Source of the DNA: Hypanus sabinus
Taxonomy: Eukaryota
Length of the DNA: 64,000 bases
NCBI RefSeq assembly: GCF_030144855.1
Contig: NC_082731.1
Span: forward strand, 29,388,001-29,452,000
Reading direction: 5' to 3'
Part shown: positions 12,456 to 25,172 of the stretch, one piece after another
How positions within the stretch are numbered: the stretch's first letter is position 1
Layout of the letters: every line of letters starts with the position of its first letter
Translations under genes and position numbers: made by a program
The notes under the pieces: model-generated
What the model was told of the DNA's origin: nothing
Seen by the model: only the letters and a program-made list of their open reading frames with translations
Databases searched by the model: none

Positions 12456-13557
12456 CCCATAAAACCATAAGACAAAGGAGCAGAAGTCAGCCATTTGGCC
12501 CATCGAGTCTGCTCTGCCATTTCATCATGAGCTGATCCAATCTCCCCTTTAGTCCCATTCCCCCGCCTTCTCACCATAACCTTTGATGCCCTGACTACTC
12601 TGATACCACCCATAACAACAAACTCCACGGATTCACCACCATCTGGCTAAAAAAAATTTTCGCATCTCCATTCTGAATGGGCGCCCTGCAATCCTCAAGT
12701 CATGTCCTCTCGTACTAGACTCCCCCACCATGGGAAACAACTTTGCCACATCCACTCTGTCCATGCCTTTCAACATTCGAAATGCTTCTGAGGTCCCCAC
12801 TCATTCTTTTAAACTCCAAGGAGTACAGTCCAAGAGCGGTCAAATGTTCCTCATATGTTATCCCTCTCATTCCCGGAATCATTCTAGTGAATCTTCTCTG
12901 AACCCTCTCCAACGTCAGCACATCTTTTCTTAAATAAGGAGCCCAAAACCTCACACAGTGTTCCAAGTGAGGGCTCACCAGTGCCTTATAGAGCCTCAAC
13001 ATCACATCCCTGCTCCTATACTCTATTCCCCTAGAAATGAATGCCAACATTGCATTCACCTTCTTCACCACCGACTCAACCTGGAGGTTAACCTTAAGGG
13101 TATCCTGCATGAGAACTCCCAAGCCCCGTTGCATCTCAGAACTTTGAATTCTCTCCCCATTTAAATAATAGTCTGCCCATTTATTTCTTCTACCAAAGTG
13201 CATGACCGTATATTTTCTGTTATTGTAATTCATTTGCCACTTCTTTGCCCATTCCCCCAATCTATCCAAGGCACTCTGCAGACTCTCTGTTTCCTCAACA
13301 CACCGGCCCCTCCACCTATCTTTGTATCATCAGCAAACTTAGCCACAAAGCCATCTATTCCATAATCCAAATTGTTGATATACAACGGAAAAAGAAGCGG
13401 CCCCAACACGGACCCCTGTGGAACACCACTGGTAACCGGCAGCCAACCAGAATGGGATCCCTTCTTTCCCACTCTCTGTTTCCTGCCAATCAACCAACAG
13501 TCTATCCACGTATGAGACTTTCCTGTAATTCCATGGGCTCTTATCTTGTTTAGCAGC
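12456..13557 (-). mobile_element. CR1 RT to 3' end; 12680-13557 is an inverted near-identical copy of 26213-27093
   Basis: ORF 12715-13269 (-) is almost identical to ORF 26503-27057 (+), including shared frameshifts. Confidence 0.9.
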
Positions 13558-16500
13558 ATAGAACCATAGAACAGAAACAGGCCTTTTAGCTCTTCTTGGC
13601 TGTACTGAACCATTTTTCTGCCTATTCCCACTGACCTGCACCTGGACCATATCCCTCCATACACATCTCATCCATGTACCTGTCCAAGTTTTTCTTAAAT
13701 GTTAAAACTGAGCATGCATTTACCACGTCATCTGGCAGCTAATTCCACACACTCACCACTCTCTGTGTGAAGAAGCTCCACCACCGCACCCCCATGTTCC
13801 CTTTAAACTTTCCCCCTTCACCCTTAACCCATATCCTCTGGGTTTTTTTCTCCCCTAACCTCTGTGGAAAAAGCCTGCTTGCATTCACTCTATCTCTACC
13901 CATCATAATTTTATATACCTCTATCAAGTCTCCCCTCATTCTTCTATGCTCCAGGGAATAAAGTCCTTACCTATTCAAACTTTCTCTGTAACTCAGTTTC
14001 TCAAGTCCCGGCAATCCCCTTGTAAAACTTCTCTGCTCTCTTTCAACCTTATTAGTATCCTTCCTGTAATTTGGTGACAAAAATTGCACACAATGCTCCA
14101 AATTCGGTCTCACCAATGCTTTATACAATCTCACCATAACATTCCAACACTTATACTCAATACTTCGCTTTAAAAAGGCTGATGTACCAAAAGTTCTCTT
14201 TACTACCCTATCTACTTGTGATGCCTCTTTTAGAGAATTTTTTTCTCTGTATTTCCAAATCTCTCTGTTCTACTGCACTCCTTAGTGCCCTACCATTTAC
14301 CTTGTATGTTCTACCTTGGTTTGTCCCTCTGAAGTGCAATACCTCACACTTGTCTGTATTAAACCATCTGCCATTTTTCAGCCCAATTTTCCCAGCTGGT
14401 CCAAATCCCCCTGCAAGCTTTAAAAACCTTCCTCACTGTCCACTACCCCTCCAGTCTTTGTATCATCTGCAAACTTGCTGATCCAATTTACCACATTATC
14501 ATCCAGATCATTGATATACAAACGGAGATGACAAATAACAATGGACCCAGCACTGATCCCTGTGGCACACCACTAGTCATTGGCCTCCACTCAGAGAAGC
14601 AATCCTCAACTCACACCCTCTGACTTCTCCCACTGAGCCAATGTCTAATACAATTTACTACCTCACCATATATACCTAGTGACTGAATCTTCCTAACTAA
14701 CCTCCCAAGCGGGACCCTGCCAAATGCCTTACTGAAATCCATGTAGACAACATGCACTGCCTTCCCTTCATCCATTTTCCTGGTAACCTCCTGGAAAAAC
14801 TCTAATAGAGTTGTTAAGCATGAACTACCATGCACAAAGCCATGTTGACTCTCCTTAATAAGTCCCTGTCTATCCAAATACTTGTCGATCCTATCTCTTA
14901 GTACTCCTTCCAATAATTTACCTACTACCGACATCAAACTTAATGGTTTATAATTTCCCAGATTACTTTTGGAGCAGTTTTAAACAATGGAAGAACATGA
15001 GCTGTCCTCCAATCCTCCGGCACCTCACCCGTAGATACCGACATTTTAAATATATCTGCCAGGGCCCCTGCAATTTCATCACTTGTCTCCTTCAAGGTCC
15101 GAGGGAATACCCTGTCAGATTCTGTGGATTTATCTACTCTGATTTGCCTCAAGATAGCAAGCACCTCCTCCTTTTCAATCTGTGTAGGCTCCATGACCTC
15201 ACTATCTGTTTGCCTTATTTCCATTGTCTCCATGCTAGTTTACTTAGTAAATACAGATGCAAGACCTATTTAAGATCTACCCCATTTCTTTTGGTTCCAT
15301 ACATAGCTGACCACTTCAATCTTCATGAGGACCAAATTTATCCCTTACTATCCTTTTGCTCTTAATATACCTGTAGAAGCTCTTTGGTTGATCCTTCACC
15401 TTGACTGCCAAAGCAACATCATGCCTTCTTTTAGCCCTCCTAATTTCTATTTTTTAAGTATCTTTTTGCACTTTTTATACTCCTCAAGCATTTTATTTTC
15501 TCCCTGTTCCCTATACATGTCATACATCTTTCTCTTCTTCTTTATCAGATTTCGGATATCCATTTAGAACCAAGGTTCCTTATCCTTATTCACTTTGCCT
15601 TTAATCCAGACAGGAACATACAAACTCTGCACTCTCAAAATTTCTCCTTTGAAGGTCTCTCACTTTGGTACCAATCACATCTTTGCCAGAGAACAACCTG
15701 GCCCAATCCACACTTTTTAGATCCTTTCTCAACCCAAGGACCAGATCTATCTTTTTCCATGATCAAATTGAAACTAATGGTGTTATGATCACTGGAACCA
15801 AAGTGTTCCCCGGCCTACACACACTTCCGTCACCTGTCCTAACTCATTTCCTAATAGGAGATCTAATATTGCATCCACTCTAGTTGGTACCTCTATATAT
15901 TGATCTAGAAAACTTCCCTGAAATACATTTTACGAACTGTAACTTGTCTATAACAGTATAAGAGTCCCAATCAATATGTGGAAAATTAAAATCCCCTGCT
16001 ATCACAACTTTATGCTTCCTGCAGTCGTCTGCTATCTCTCTGCAGTTTGCTCCTCCAGTTCTCACTGACTATTGGATGGTCTATAATACAACACCATTAA
16101 TGTGGTCATACCTTTCCAGTTTCTCAGCTCCACCCATATGGCCTCAGTAGACAAGCCCTCTAATCTGTCCTGCCTGAGCACTGCTGTAACATTTTCCCTG
16201 ACTAGCAATGCCAACCACCTCCACCCTTCATTCCTCTGCCTCTATCATGTCTGAAACATCGGAACCCTGGAACATTAAGCTGCCAGTCCTGCCCCTCCTG
16301 TAGCCAAGTTTCACTAATGGCTATAATGTTGTAATTCCATCTGTCAATCCACGCCCTCAGTTCGCCAGCCTTCCCCACAACACTCCTCACATTGAAATAG
16401 ACACACCTCAGAAGATTAATACCACCACACACAATCCTTCTATTTGTCACTTTGCATGAACTTTTAACCTCATTTATTTTCACCCCCACTCCACTATCTA

Positions 16501-17697
16501 CTCTGGCACTCTGGTTCCCATCCCCCTGCAAATCCCCCTTTAAACTCTCCCTAATAGCACTAACAAACCTCCCTGCAAGGATATTAGTCCCCTTGTAGTT
16601 CAGGTGTAACCCAACTCTCTTGTACAGGTCCCACCTGCCCTAGAACAGGTGCCAATGATCCTGAAATCTGAAACCCTGCGCACTACACCAGTTCCTCAGC
16701 CAGGTGTTCATCCACCAGAGCATCCTATACTTACCCTCACTGGCACATGGCACAGGTAGCAATCTTGAGATTACCACCCTCGAGGTCCTGCTTTTTAACT
16801 TCCTACCGAGCTCTCTATACTCACTCTTCAGGACCTCCTCACTCTTTCTTCCTATGTCATTTGTACAAATGTGTACCGTGACATCTGGCTGCTCACCACC
16901 CACTTCAGAATGCTGTGCACGTGATCAGAGACATCCCTGACCCTGGCACCCGGGAGGCAACAAACCATCCGGGAGTCTGTCATGACCACAGAACCTCCTG
17001 TCTGTGCTCTAACTATCGAGTCCCCTATCACTACCACTCTCCTCTTCTTCCACCTTCCCTTCTGCACTGCAGAACTAGACGCAGTGCCAGAGATCTGGCT
17101 GCTGCAGCTTGTCCCAGGTAGGTCATCCCCCCAACAGTATCCAAATCAGTATACTTGTTGTTGAGGGGAATGGCCACAGGGGATCCCTGCTCTGCCTTCC
17201 CTTTCCCCTTCCCTCACCTGACAGTAACCCAATTACCTGTGCGTTGCTCCTTTTGCATAACTACCTCACTGAAACTACTATCTATAAACTCCTCTTTCTC
17301 CTGAATGATCCGGAGGTCATCCAGCTCCTGCTCTAGTTCTCTAATGCAGTTTGTTAGGAGCTGCAGCTGGATGCACTTCTAGCAGGTGTCGTTGTCAGGG
17401 ACACCGGAGGTCTCCCTGACTACCCACATCCTGCAAGAGAAGCATTCCAACATCCTGCCTGGCATTCTCTCTACTCTAAATAAACAAAACAAAACTTACC
17501 GGAACCTACCCTCGCCTCTGTCTGTTCACACCGAAGCCTGTTGAGCCAAAGCCATCCCACTCTGCTCCCTCTCACTCCGCTGTCCACTGTATATGGTGGT
17601 CTTCTTTTAAACCTTTGGCGTTCCATGTCACACGCCTGTGGTCAAGCCTCTTTTCCCCGAGCAGTGTAAAAAAACTTCTCTCCGAGATTCCTTTACT
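13558..17697 (-). mobile_element. CR1 LINE, near full length, decayed
   Basis: Tail ctatggttctat at 13558. ORF2 pieces include VYFNVRSV, IAISETWLQ, GDFNFP and VYMDFSKAF. ORF1 esterase motifs VVIGDSIVR and HICTNDIG lie at 16640-17067. Confidence 0.9.
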
Positions 17698-17699
17698 CT

Positions 17700-19103
17700 T
17701 TAGAGATTAATATTTTGCAGCACAGATGAGAGCTGTGATATGTTGGTGCAACCCATCATATGACGCTCAATGGAAAGACATTGAGGAGTGGGTACTTCCC
17801 ATCCACATACAAGCAAATTTGGCTGATAACAACCTGCAAAGGGTACATAAATACTATTGATAATCCATGGGTGAAATTGACTTAAAATATGGAAAAGTAC
17901 TATAAAAGAATATAATCTAGAGGGAGATATTGCAATTATTAAGTGGTGTGCATATGACTCAGATTTTACATCAAATAAATTGGATGCTAGATTTAAGGAC
18001 TGGACAGTTAAAGGAATAACAATTCTTTGCAACATAATGAAAGAAGGAACACTGTTCAGTTTTGAAATGCTTAAAGTGAAACACTTATTAGAAAAACAAA
18101 ATTTTTATTGATATTTACAGATGCAACAATATGTTAATAAGACACTTTAAAATGTAACCAAGGCAAGTACATGCTTGATAGAGCTATTTAGAAAAGCATA
18201 TAATTCAGATAACGGTAGTAGAATCATTTCAAGCATGTATAAGGGGTTATCAAATCTTAAAACACATTCGACTTCATACATTAAAACAAAATGTGAGAAG
18301 GACGGAGGGATAATTATATCTGAGGTATAGAATGGATAATAATATGGAGGTATCAATGGAAGTGTACCAGTTCACAGAAATGGAGGGAGTTTGGATGGAA
18401 AAACTTGATAAGATATTTTATTACACCTCTCAGAAATCCCATTATGATAGTAACCTCCCTGTTTGCTGGAGAAATTGTGAAAATCAAAATGTAAATCATT
18501 ATCATTTTTTTTTGGGACTGCCCTGTTATCAAAAACTATTGGAGGGGGATAGACAATGCCCTACAAGACATCTTTAAATGTGAAATACCCTTAGAGAGTA
18601 AGACCATATATTTTGGATATATACCTTAAGAATGGTTGAAAAGAGATAAATATTTAATGAATATACTGTTAGTGGCTGGTTAAAAAGACTCTTACTGGGA
18701 AATGGTTATCACAAGAGAGCCCAACTTTAAATACATGGATGGAAATTACAATGGACATTTACAAAATGGAGAAGATAACAACATCTGTTAATCATAACCT
18801 GGAACAATTTGATTCGTACTGGGAAAATGGTTTATGTACATAATGCTTCATAGGCCTGATTTTATTCTCACATATCAAAGAATATGTTGTAAAAAAAGAT
18901 CACTCCCTACTTGTACATAGTTTTTTTTTCCTTTTGCTTGTTTTCTCTTTCTGCTCTTTTCTATAACTGTATCCCTCAGATATAATACTTTGTGGAGATT
19001 TGTGATATATTTGATTATATGATATATATGGACAATGTCTGAAATACATCTTATGGAAATGTTTGTTTGATGAACTTCAATAAAAAATAAATTACAAAAA
19101 AAA
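17700..19103 (+). mobile_element. L1/Tx1-like LINE 3' fragment
   Basis: Degenerate ORF2 C-terminus (CWRNCENQNVNHYH zinc-finger remnant), AATAAA and poly(A) at about 19079-19103. Confidence 0.75.
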
Positions 19104-19582
19104 AGAAAGAGTTGACATAGGATCGGAAGGTACACAATCTTTATGGGTTGAGCTAAGAAATCGCAGGGGTAAAAGGACTCTGATGGCAGTTATCTACAGG
19201 CCTCCAAATAGCTGCAGTGATGTGGACTACGAATTACAACAGGAAATAGAAAAAGCTTTTCAGAACGGCAGTGTTATGATAATTGTAGGGGATTTTAACA
19301 TGTGAGTGGATTGGGAAAATCAGGTCGCCACTGGATCTCAAGTGAGAGAATTTGTAGAATGTCTACAAGATGGCTTTTCAGAACAGCTTGCTGTTGAGCC
19401 CACAAGGGGATCGTCTGAACTGGATTGGGTATTGTGTAATGAACCAGAGGTAATTAGAGAGATGGATGTGAAAGAACCCTTAGGAGGCAGTGATCACAAC
19501 ATGATTGATTTCAAGAGAAACACATTAGAAAAACAAGATATTTATTGATATTTACAGATGCGACAATATGTTAATAAGACAC

Positions 19583-19796
19583 TGTAGCGCCTCATTTCCT
19601 AGCGTATCCGAACCGACTCACAATTAGATAGCCTACGGGGGTTTGCGAGCACAGAGCTTTGGAGCCTCTTCGCCATGGGGGGCCGGTTGACAGAGGCTTA
19701 AAAGTGAGGCTGAAGTTTTCGAATAAAGTTTTTCCTTCGACTGCAGTTACCGACTCCGTGTCGTAATTTTAGCGCTGCTTGTAGCACACCGCTACA
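19583..19796 (+). repeat. 5' LTR (214 bp)
   Basis: Starts TGTAGC, ends GCTACA, contains AATAAA; identical by eye to 23583-23796. Confidence 0.96.
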
Positions 19797-19798
19797 AT

Positions 19799-19812
19799 TG
19801 GTGACCCCGACG
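19799..19812 (+). promoter_or_regulatory. Primer-binding site complementary to the tRNA-Trp 3' end
   Basis: TGGTGACCCCGACG two bases after the 5' LTR. Confidence 0.85.
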
Positions 19813-19836
19813 GTCCAAACGATTTTTGGACCAGAA

Positions 19837-20523
19837 ATGACCGACGCCGCCTCTGTTCATGCGGTTTCGTTGAAACTGCCGGGTTTCTGGACACAGCGCC
19901 CGGACCTATGGTTCCAGCAAGCCGAAGCCCAATTCCACGTTCGCCGGATCACCTCAGAAGACACCCGCTACTACTACGTGGTGGGCTCCCTCGACCAGGA
20001 CACAGCTGCCCAGGTCGCGGAGTTCGTACAGTTGCCCCCGGCAGACGGCAAGTACACGGAATTCAAAGCCCTGCTCCTCAGGACTTTCGGACTCTCACGG
20101 CGCGAGCGGGCTGCCCGTTTACTGCACCTGGATGGCTTGGGCGACAGACCTCCATCGGCTTTAATGAATGAGATGTTGTCTCTGGCCGAGGGACACACAG
20201 GCCTCATGTTTGAGCAGGCATTCCTGGAGCAGCTGCCCGAGGACATACGCCTGCTGCTGTCCGACGCGGATTACAGTGACCCCCGGAAGGTGGCAGCCCG
20301 GGCGGACTTGCTGTGGAACGCCAAAAAGGTGAGCGGGGCGTCCATCGCACAGATCTCCCAGCCACGCTCCCGGCAGCAAACCAGTCCAGGCCCGGCCGCA
20401 GAGCCCACTAACCCCCGGCCCAATGACCACTGGTGCTCCTACCACCAGCGGTGGGGCGCAGAAGCCCGCCGTTGCCGCCCGCCCTGCAAGTTCCCGGGAA
20501 ACGCCAGGGCCAGCCGCCGCTGA
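19837..20523 (+). CDS. gag: Gag with CHCC-type motif
   Basis: Open [21 protein letters not shown]...[18 protein letters not shown]. Confidence 0.9.
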   Translation: MTDAASVHAVSLKLPGFWTQRPDLWFQQAEAQFHVRRITSEDTRYYYVVGSLDQDTAAQVAEFVQLPPADGKYTEFKALLLRTFGLSRRERAARLLHLDGLGDRPPSALMNEMLSLAEGHTGLMFEQAFLEQLPEDIRLLLSDADYSDPRKVAARADLLWNAKKVSGASIAQISQPRSRQQTSPGPAAEPTNPRPNDHWCSYHQRWGAEARRCRPPCKFPGNARASRR

Positions 20524-23500
20524 TGGCTACGGCGGCTGGCCATCGGGATAGCCTCCTGTATGTGTGGGATAGAAGGTCGGGACGCCGGTTTTTGGTCGAT
20601 ACTGGGGCTGAGATCAGCGTTTTACCTCCGACGAGTTACGACACCCGCAGCAGGGCACCGGGTCCCCCCCTGAGGGCCGCGAATGGCAGCACAGTAAGGA
20701 CCTATGGCACCCGTCAGGTGCAGCTACTGTTCGGCCCCAGCCAGTTCACGTGGGACTTCACACTGGCCGCCGTAGCCCAACCGCTTCTGGGTGCGGATTT
20801 TTTGCGAGCTCACAGCCTGCTGGTTGACCTGCCCAGGAAGAGACTGGTACACGCCGAGACCTTTCAGACGTTCTCCCTGGGCGCGGCCCAGTTGCCAGCC
20901 CCTCACCTCGGCTCCATCACGCTGTCCGACAACGACTTCACCAGGGTCCTGGCGGAGTTCCCATCGGTTCTGGCACCGCAGTTCACAGCAGCCATGCCCA
21001 GGCACGGCGTACAGCACCACATCCCGACACAGGGACCACCCCTCCATGCCCGTGCTCGGCGGCTTCCCCCGGACAAGCTCCGACTGGCGAAGGAGGAGTT
21101 CCAGAGAATGGAGGAATTGGGGATCATCCGGCGGTCCGACAGCCCCTGGGCTTCCCCCCTGCACATGGTGCCCAAAGCGACGGGGGGCTGGAGACCGTGC
21201 GGCGACTACCGCAGGCTGAACGAGGCTACCACACCGGACCGCTACCCTGTGCCGCACATTCAGGACTTTGCGGCAAACCTGCACGGCGCCCGGATCTTCT
21301 CCAAGGTCGACCTTGTCCGAGGGTACCATCAAATCCCGATGCATCCTGACGACGTCCCCAAAACGGCTCTCATCACCCCGTTTGGCCTCTTCGAGTTCCT
21401 CCGCATGCCGTTCGGCCTGAAGAATGCCGCACAGACGTTCCAGCGGTTAATGGACGCGGTGGGACGGGACCTGGACTTTGCGTTCATCTATTTGGATGAC
21501 ATCCTCATAGCCAGCGGCAGTCGTCAGGAGCATCTGTCCCACCTCCGTCAACTCTGCGCCCGACTGAGTGAGTACGGTCTTACAATCAACCCTGCCAAAT
21601 GCCAGTTCGGACTTGATACCATTGACTTCCTGGGCTACAGGATTACTAAAGACGGGGCAGCCCCTCTGCCCGCTAAGGTAGATGCGGTCCGCCACTTCCC
21701 CCGACCCACCACGATCAAAGGCCTTCAGGAATTCGTAGGTATGGTCAATTTCTACCGCCGCTTCCTCCCTTCAGCTGCCCGGATCATGCGCCCCCTGTTC
21801 GCCCTGATGTCGGGTCCGAGCAAGGACATTACCTGGGACGAGGAGTCCGCCGCCACTTTCGTTCAAACGAAGGAAGCTTTGGCTGACGCCGCAATGCTAG
21901 TACATCCCAGAATGGACACCTCTACCGCCCTCACAGTGGACGCATCAAACACGGCAGTCGGTGGGGTGCTGGAGCAGCTCATCGCAGGTCGCTGGCAACC
22001 CCTGGCGTTTTTCAGCAAACACCTGCGGCCACCCGAGCTCAAGTACAGTGCTTTTGACCGAGAACTGTTGGCGCTCTACCTGGCAATCCGGCATTTCAGG
22101 TACTTCCTAGAAGGTCGGCCCTTCACCGCGTTCACGGACCACAAACCGCTTACCTTTGCGTTTACGAAAGCATCCGACCCCTGGTCATCCCGCCAGCAAC
22201 GCCACCTGTCCTACATCTCTGAATACACAACGGATGTCCGGCACGTCTCGGGTAAGGACAATGTCGTGGCGGATGCGCTCTCTCGCCCTACCGTTCATGC
22301 CCTTTCCCAAGGGGTAGACTTTGAGGCACTGGCAGAGGCACAGCAGGTGGATGAGGAGATTCCGAGTTACAGGACTGCAGTCTCTGGTTTGCAGCTCCAG
22401 GACCTCCCCGTGGGCCCAGGTGAGAGGACCCTACTCTGTGACGTCGCCACCGACCAGCCCCGTCCAGTCGTCCCCGCAGCCTGGCGGCGACGTGTTTTCG
22501 ACTCCATTCATAACTTGGCGCATCCCTCCATCCGGACAACTGTCCGGCTGGTTTCCAGCAGGTTCGTTTGGCACGGTCTCCGCAAACAGGTCAGTGAATG
22601 GGCCAGAACGTGCATGCACTGCCAGACGGCCAAGGTTCAGCGGCACACCAAAGCCCCACCGCAGCAGTTCCATCCCGCCCACCGGCGTTTCGACCACATT
22701 CATGTGGATATCGTGGGCCCCCTGCCAGTGTCGCGCAGAGCGCGTTACCTCCTGACTATCGTGGACCGGTTCACAAGATGGCCAGAGGCGGTCCCGCTCA
22801 CCGACACCACCTCCGAATCTTGCGCCCGAGCCCTGCTCGCCACCTGGATATCCCGCTTTGGTGTACCAGCCAACATTACCTCCGACAGAGGCGCCCAGTT
22901 CACCTCCAGCCTGTGGTCAGCTATGGCCAGCCTTTTGGGGACTCAGCTACACCACACCACTGCCTACCACCCACAGTCGAACGGGCTAGTGGAGCGTTTC
23001 CACCGTCACCTGAAGTCGGCCCTCATGGCCCGCCTGCGAGGAGCCAACTGGGCGGACGAGCTTCCCTGGGTCCTTCTCGGCATCCGCACAGCGCCCAAGG
23101 ACGACCTGCACGCCTCGTCGGCCGAGTTGGTATACGGCGCGCCCCTGGCCGTCCCCGGGGAGTTCCTACCAGCCCCGAGGGGGCAAGAGGAAGAACCCGC
23201 TGCAGTCCTGGGCAGACTTCGCGAGAAGCTCGGTAACCTGGCCCCCATACCCACTTCACAGCATGGGCAGCACCCGACCTGCGTACCCAAAGACCTACGG
23301 AACTGTAAGTTTGTGTTTGTACGAAGGGGCGGGCATCGGCCACCGCTGCAGCGGCCATACGAGGGGCCGTTTACGGTGCTCCGGAACAACGGGTCCACGT
23401 TCGTGCTGGACGTTGGGGGGAAGGAGGAGGTTTTCACGGTGGACCGCCTCAAGCCGGCCCATGTGGACCTGGCGCAACCGGCCGAGTTTCCGGCGCCTCG

Positions 23501-23627
23501 GCGCAGAGGCCGACCTCCCAAGCAGGTTCTGGCCCAGGCTGTGGACATTGGGGGGTGTATCGCCGGTTCTGGGGGGGGGTTATGTAGCGCCTCATTTCCT
23601 AGCGTATCCGAACCGACTCACAATTAG
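20496..23627 (+). CDS. pol: Pol (protease, RT, RNase H, integrase) in the -1 frame
   Basis: Motifs [30 protein letters not shown]...CMHC, D-D-E integrase core and PYEGPF. The stop lies inside the 3' LTR. Start is given at the slippery site. Confidence 0.93.
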   Translation, partial: GKRQGQPPLMATAAGHRDSLLYVWDRRSGRRFLVDTGAEISVLPPTSYDTRSRAPGPPLRAANGSTVRTYGTRQVQLLFGPSQFTWDFTLAAVAQPLLGADFLRAHSLLVDLPRKRLVHAETFQTFSLGAAQLPAPHLGSITLSDNDFTRVLAEFPSVLAPQFTAAMPRHGVQHHIPTQGPPLHARARRLPPDKLRLAKEEFQRMEELGIIRRSDSPWASPLHMVPKATGGWRPCGDYRRLNEATTPDRYPVPHIQDFAANLHGARIFSKVDLVRGYHQIPMHPDDVPKTALITPFGLFEFLRMPFGLKNAAQTFQRLMDAVGRDLDFAFIYLDDILIASGSRQEHLSHLRQLCARLSEYGLTINPAKCQFGLDTIDFLGYRITKDGAAPLPAKVDAVRHFPRPTTIKGLQEFVGMVNFYRRFLPSAARIMRPLFALMSGPSKDITWDEESAATFVQTKEALADAAMLVHPRMDTSTALTVDASNTAVGGVLEQLIAGRWQPLAFFSKHLRPPELKYSAFDRELLALYLAIRHFRYFLEGRPFTAFTDHKPLTFAFTKASDPWSSRQQRHLSYISEYTTDVRHVSGKDNVVADALSRPTVHALSQGVDFEALAEAQQVDEEIPSYRTAVSGLQLQDLPVGPGERTLLCDVATDQPRPVVPAAWRRRVFDSIHNLAHPSIRTTVRLVSSRFVWHGLRKQVSEWARTCMHCQTAKVQRHTKAPPQQFHPAHRRFDHIHVDIVGPLPVSRRARYLLTIVDRFTRWPEAVPLTDTTSESCARALLATWISRFGVPANITSDRGAQFTSSLWSAMASLLGTQLHHTTAYHPQSNGLVERFHRHLKSALMARLRGANWADELPWVLLGIRTAPKDDLHASSAELVYGAPLAVPGEFLPAPRGQEEEPAAVLGRLREKLGNLAPIPTSQHGQHPTCVPKDLRNCKFVFVRRGGHRPPLQRPYEGPFTVLRNNGSTFVLDVGGKEEVFTVDRLKPAHVDLAQPAEFPAPRRRGRPPKQVLAQAVDIGGCIAGSGGGLCSASFPSVSEPTHN

Positions 23628-23796
23628 ATAGCCTACGGGGGTTTGCGAGCACAGAGCTTTGGAGCCTCTTCGCCATGGGGGGCCGGTTGACAGAGGCTTA
23701 AAAGTGAGGCTGAAGTTTTCGAATAAAGTTTTTCCTTCGACTGCAGTTACCGACTCCGTGTCGTAATTTTAGCGCTGCTTGTAGCACACCGCTACA
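23583..23796 (+). repeat. 3' LTR (214 bp)
   Basis: Identical to the 5' LTR; preceded by a G-rich PPT. Confidence 0.96.
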
Positions 23797-24069
23797 ACAC
23801 TTAAAAATGTAACCAAGGCAAGTACATGCTTGATAGAGCTATTCAGAAAAGCATATAATTCAGATAACGGTAGTAGAATCATTTCAAACATTTATAATTG
23901 GTTATCAAATCTTAAAACACATTCGACTTCATACATTAAAACAAAATGTGAGAAGGATGGAGGGATAATTATATCTGAGGTATAGAATGGATAGTAATAT
24001 GGAGGTATCAATGGATTGAGTTCACTGTGAAATTTGAGAAAGAAGCCGAAATCCAATGTGTTGGTATTT

Positions 24070-25172
24070 CAGTGAAGTAAAGGAAATATGGTTGGCAGGC
24101 AGGAAGCAAAGAGTGGGAGTAAATGGGACCTTTTCAGAATGGCAGGCAGTGACTAGTGGGGCACCGCAAGGCTCAGTGCTGGGACCCCAGTTGTTTACAA
24201 TATATATTAATGATTTAGACGAGGGAATTAAATGCAGCATTTTCAAGTTTGTGGATGACACGAAGCTGGGCAGCGGTGTTAGCTGTGAGGAGGATGCTAA
24301 GAGGATGCAGGTTGACTTGGATAGTTTAAGCCAGTGGGCAAATTCATGACAGATGCAATTTAATGTGGATAAATGTGAGGTTATCCACTTTGGTTGAAAG
24401 AACAGGAAAACAGATTCCTATCTGAATGGTGGCTGATTAGGAAAAGGGGAGGTGCAACAAGACCTGGGTGTCATTGTACACCAGTCATTGAAGGTGGGCA
24501 TGCAGGTACAGCAGGCGGTGAAAAAGGCAAATGTTATGTTGGCATTCAAAGCAAAAGGATTTGAGTACAGGAGCAGGGAGGTCCTACTGCAATTGTACAA
24601 GGCCTTGGTGAGAGAGCACGTAAAGTATTGTGTGCAGTTTTGGTCCCTTAATCTGGGGAAAGACATTCTTGCCATAGAGGGAATACAAAGAAGGTTCACC
24701 AGATTGATTCCTGGGATGGCAGGACTTTCATATGAAGAAAGAATGGATCAACTAGGCTTATACTCACTGGAATTTAGAAAATTGAGGGGGGATCTTATTG
24801 AAACGTATAAAATTCTAAAGGGATTGGACAGACTAGATGCAGGAAGATTGTTTCCAATGTTGGAGAAGTCCAGAATGAGAGGTCACAGTTTAAGGATAAA
24901 GGGGAAGCCTTTTAGGACCGAGATGAGGAAAAACTTCTTCACACAGAGAGTGGTGAATCTGTGGAATTCTCTGCCACAGGAAACAGTTGAGGCCGGTTCA
25001 TTGGCTATATTTAAGATGAAGTTAGATATGGCCCTTGTGGCTAAAGGGATCGGGGGTATGGAGAGAAAGCAGGTACAGGGTTCTGAGTTGGATGATCAGC
25101 GATGATCATACTGAATGGTGGTGCAGGCTCGAAGGGCAGAATGGCCTACTCCTGCACCTATTTTCTATGTTT
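24070..25172 (+). mobile_element. 5'-truncated CR1 nested in the host CR1
   Basis: ORFs 24056-24349 and 24452-25105; tail ttttctatgtttcta; the host endonuclease resumes afterwards. Confidence 0.85.

Larger units (their letters stand above)
19583..23796 (+). mobile_element. Intact CsRn1-clade Ty3/Gypsy LTR retrotransposon
   Basis: Identical TG...CA LTRs, TSD ACAC (19579-19582 and 23797-23800), PBS, PPT ggttctgggggggggtta, open gag and pol in the order PR-RT-RNaseH-INT. Confidence 0.96.

Noticed and set aside
19799-19812. tRNA-Trp gene
   Set aside because: Only 14 nt of complementarity; it is a PBS with no cloverleaf.
19908-23631. Many long alternative-frame and antisense ORFs inside the intact Gypsy
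   Set aside because: These are expected shadow ORFs in GC-rich coding DNA, with no recognisable motifs.
19583-23796. Endogenous retrovirus or env-bearing element
   Set aside because: No env ORF and no room for one between integrase and the 3' LTR; the pol motifs are Ty3/Gypsy type.
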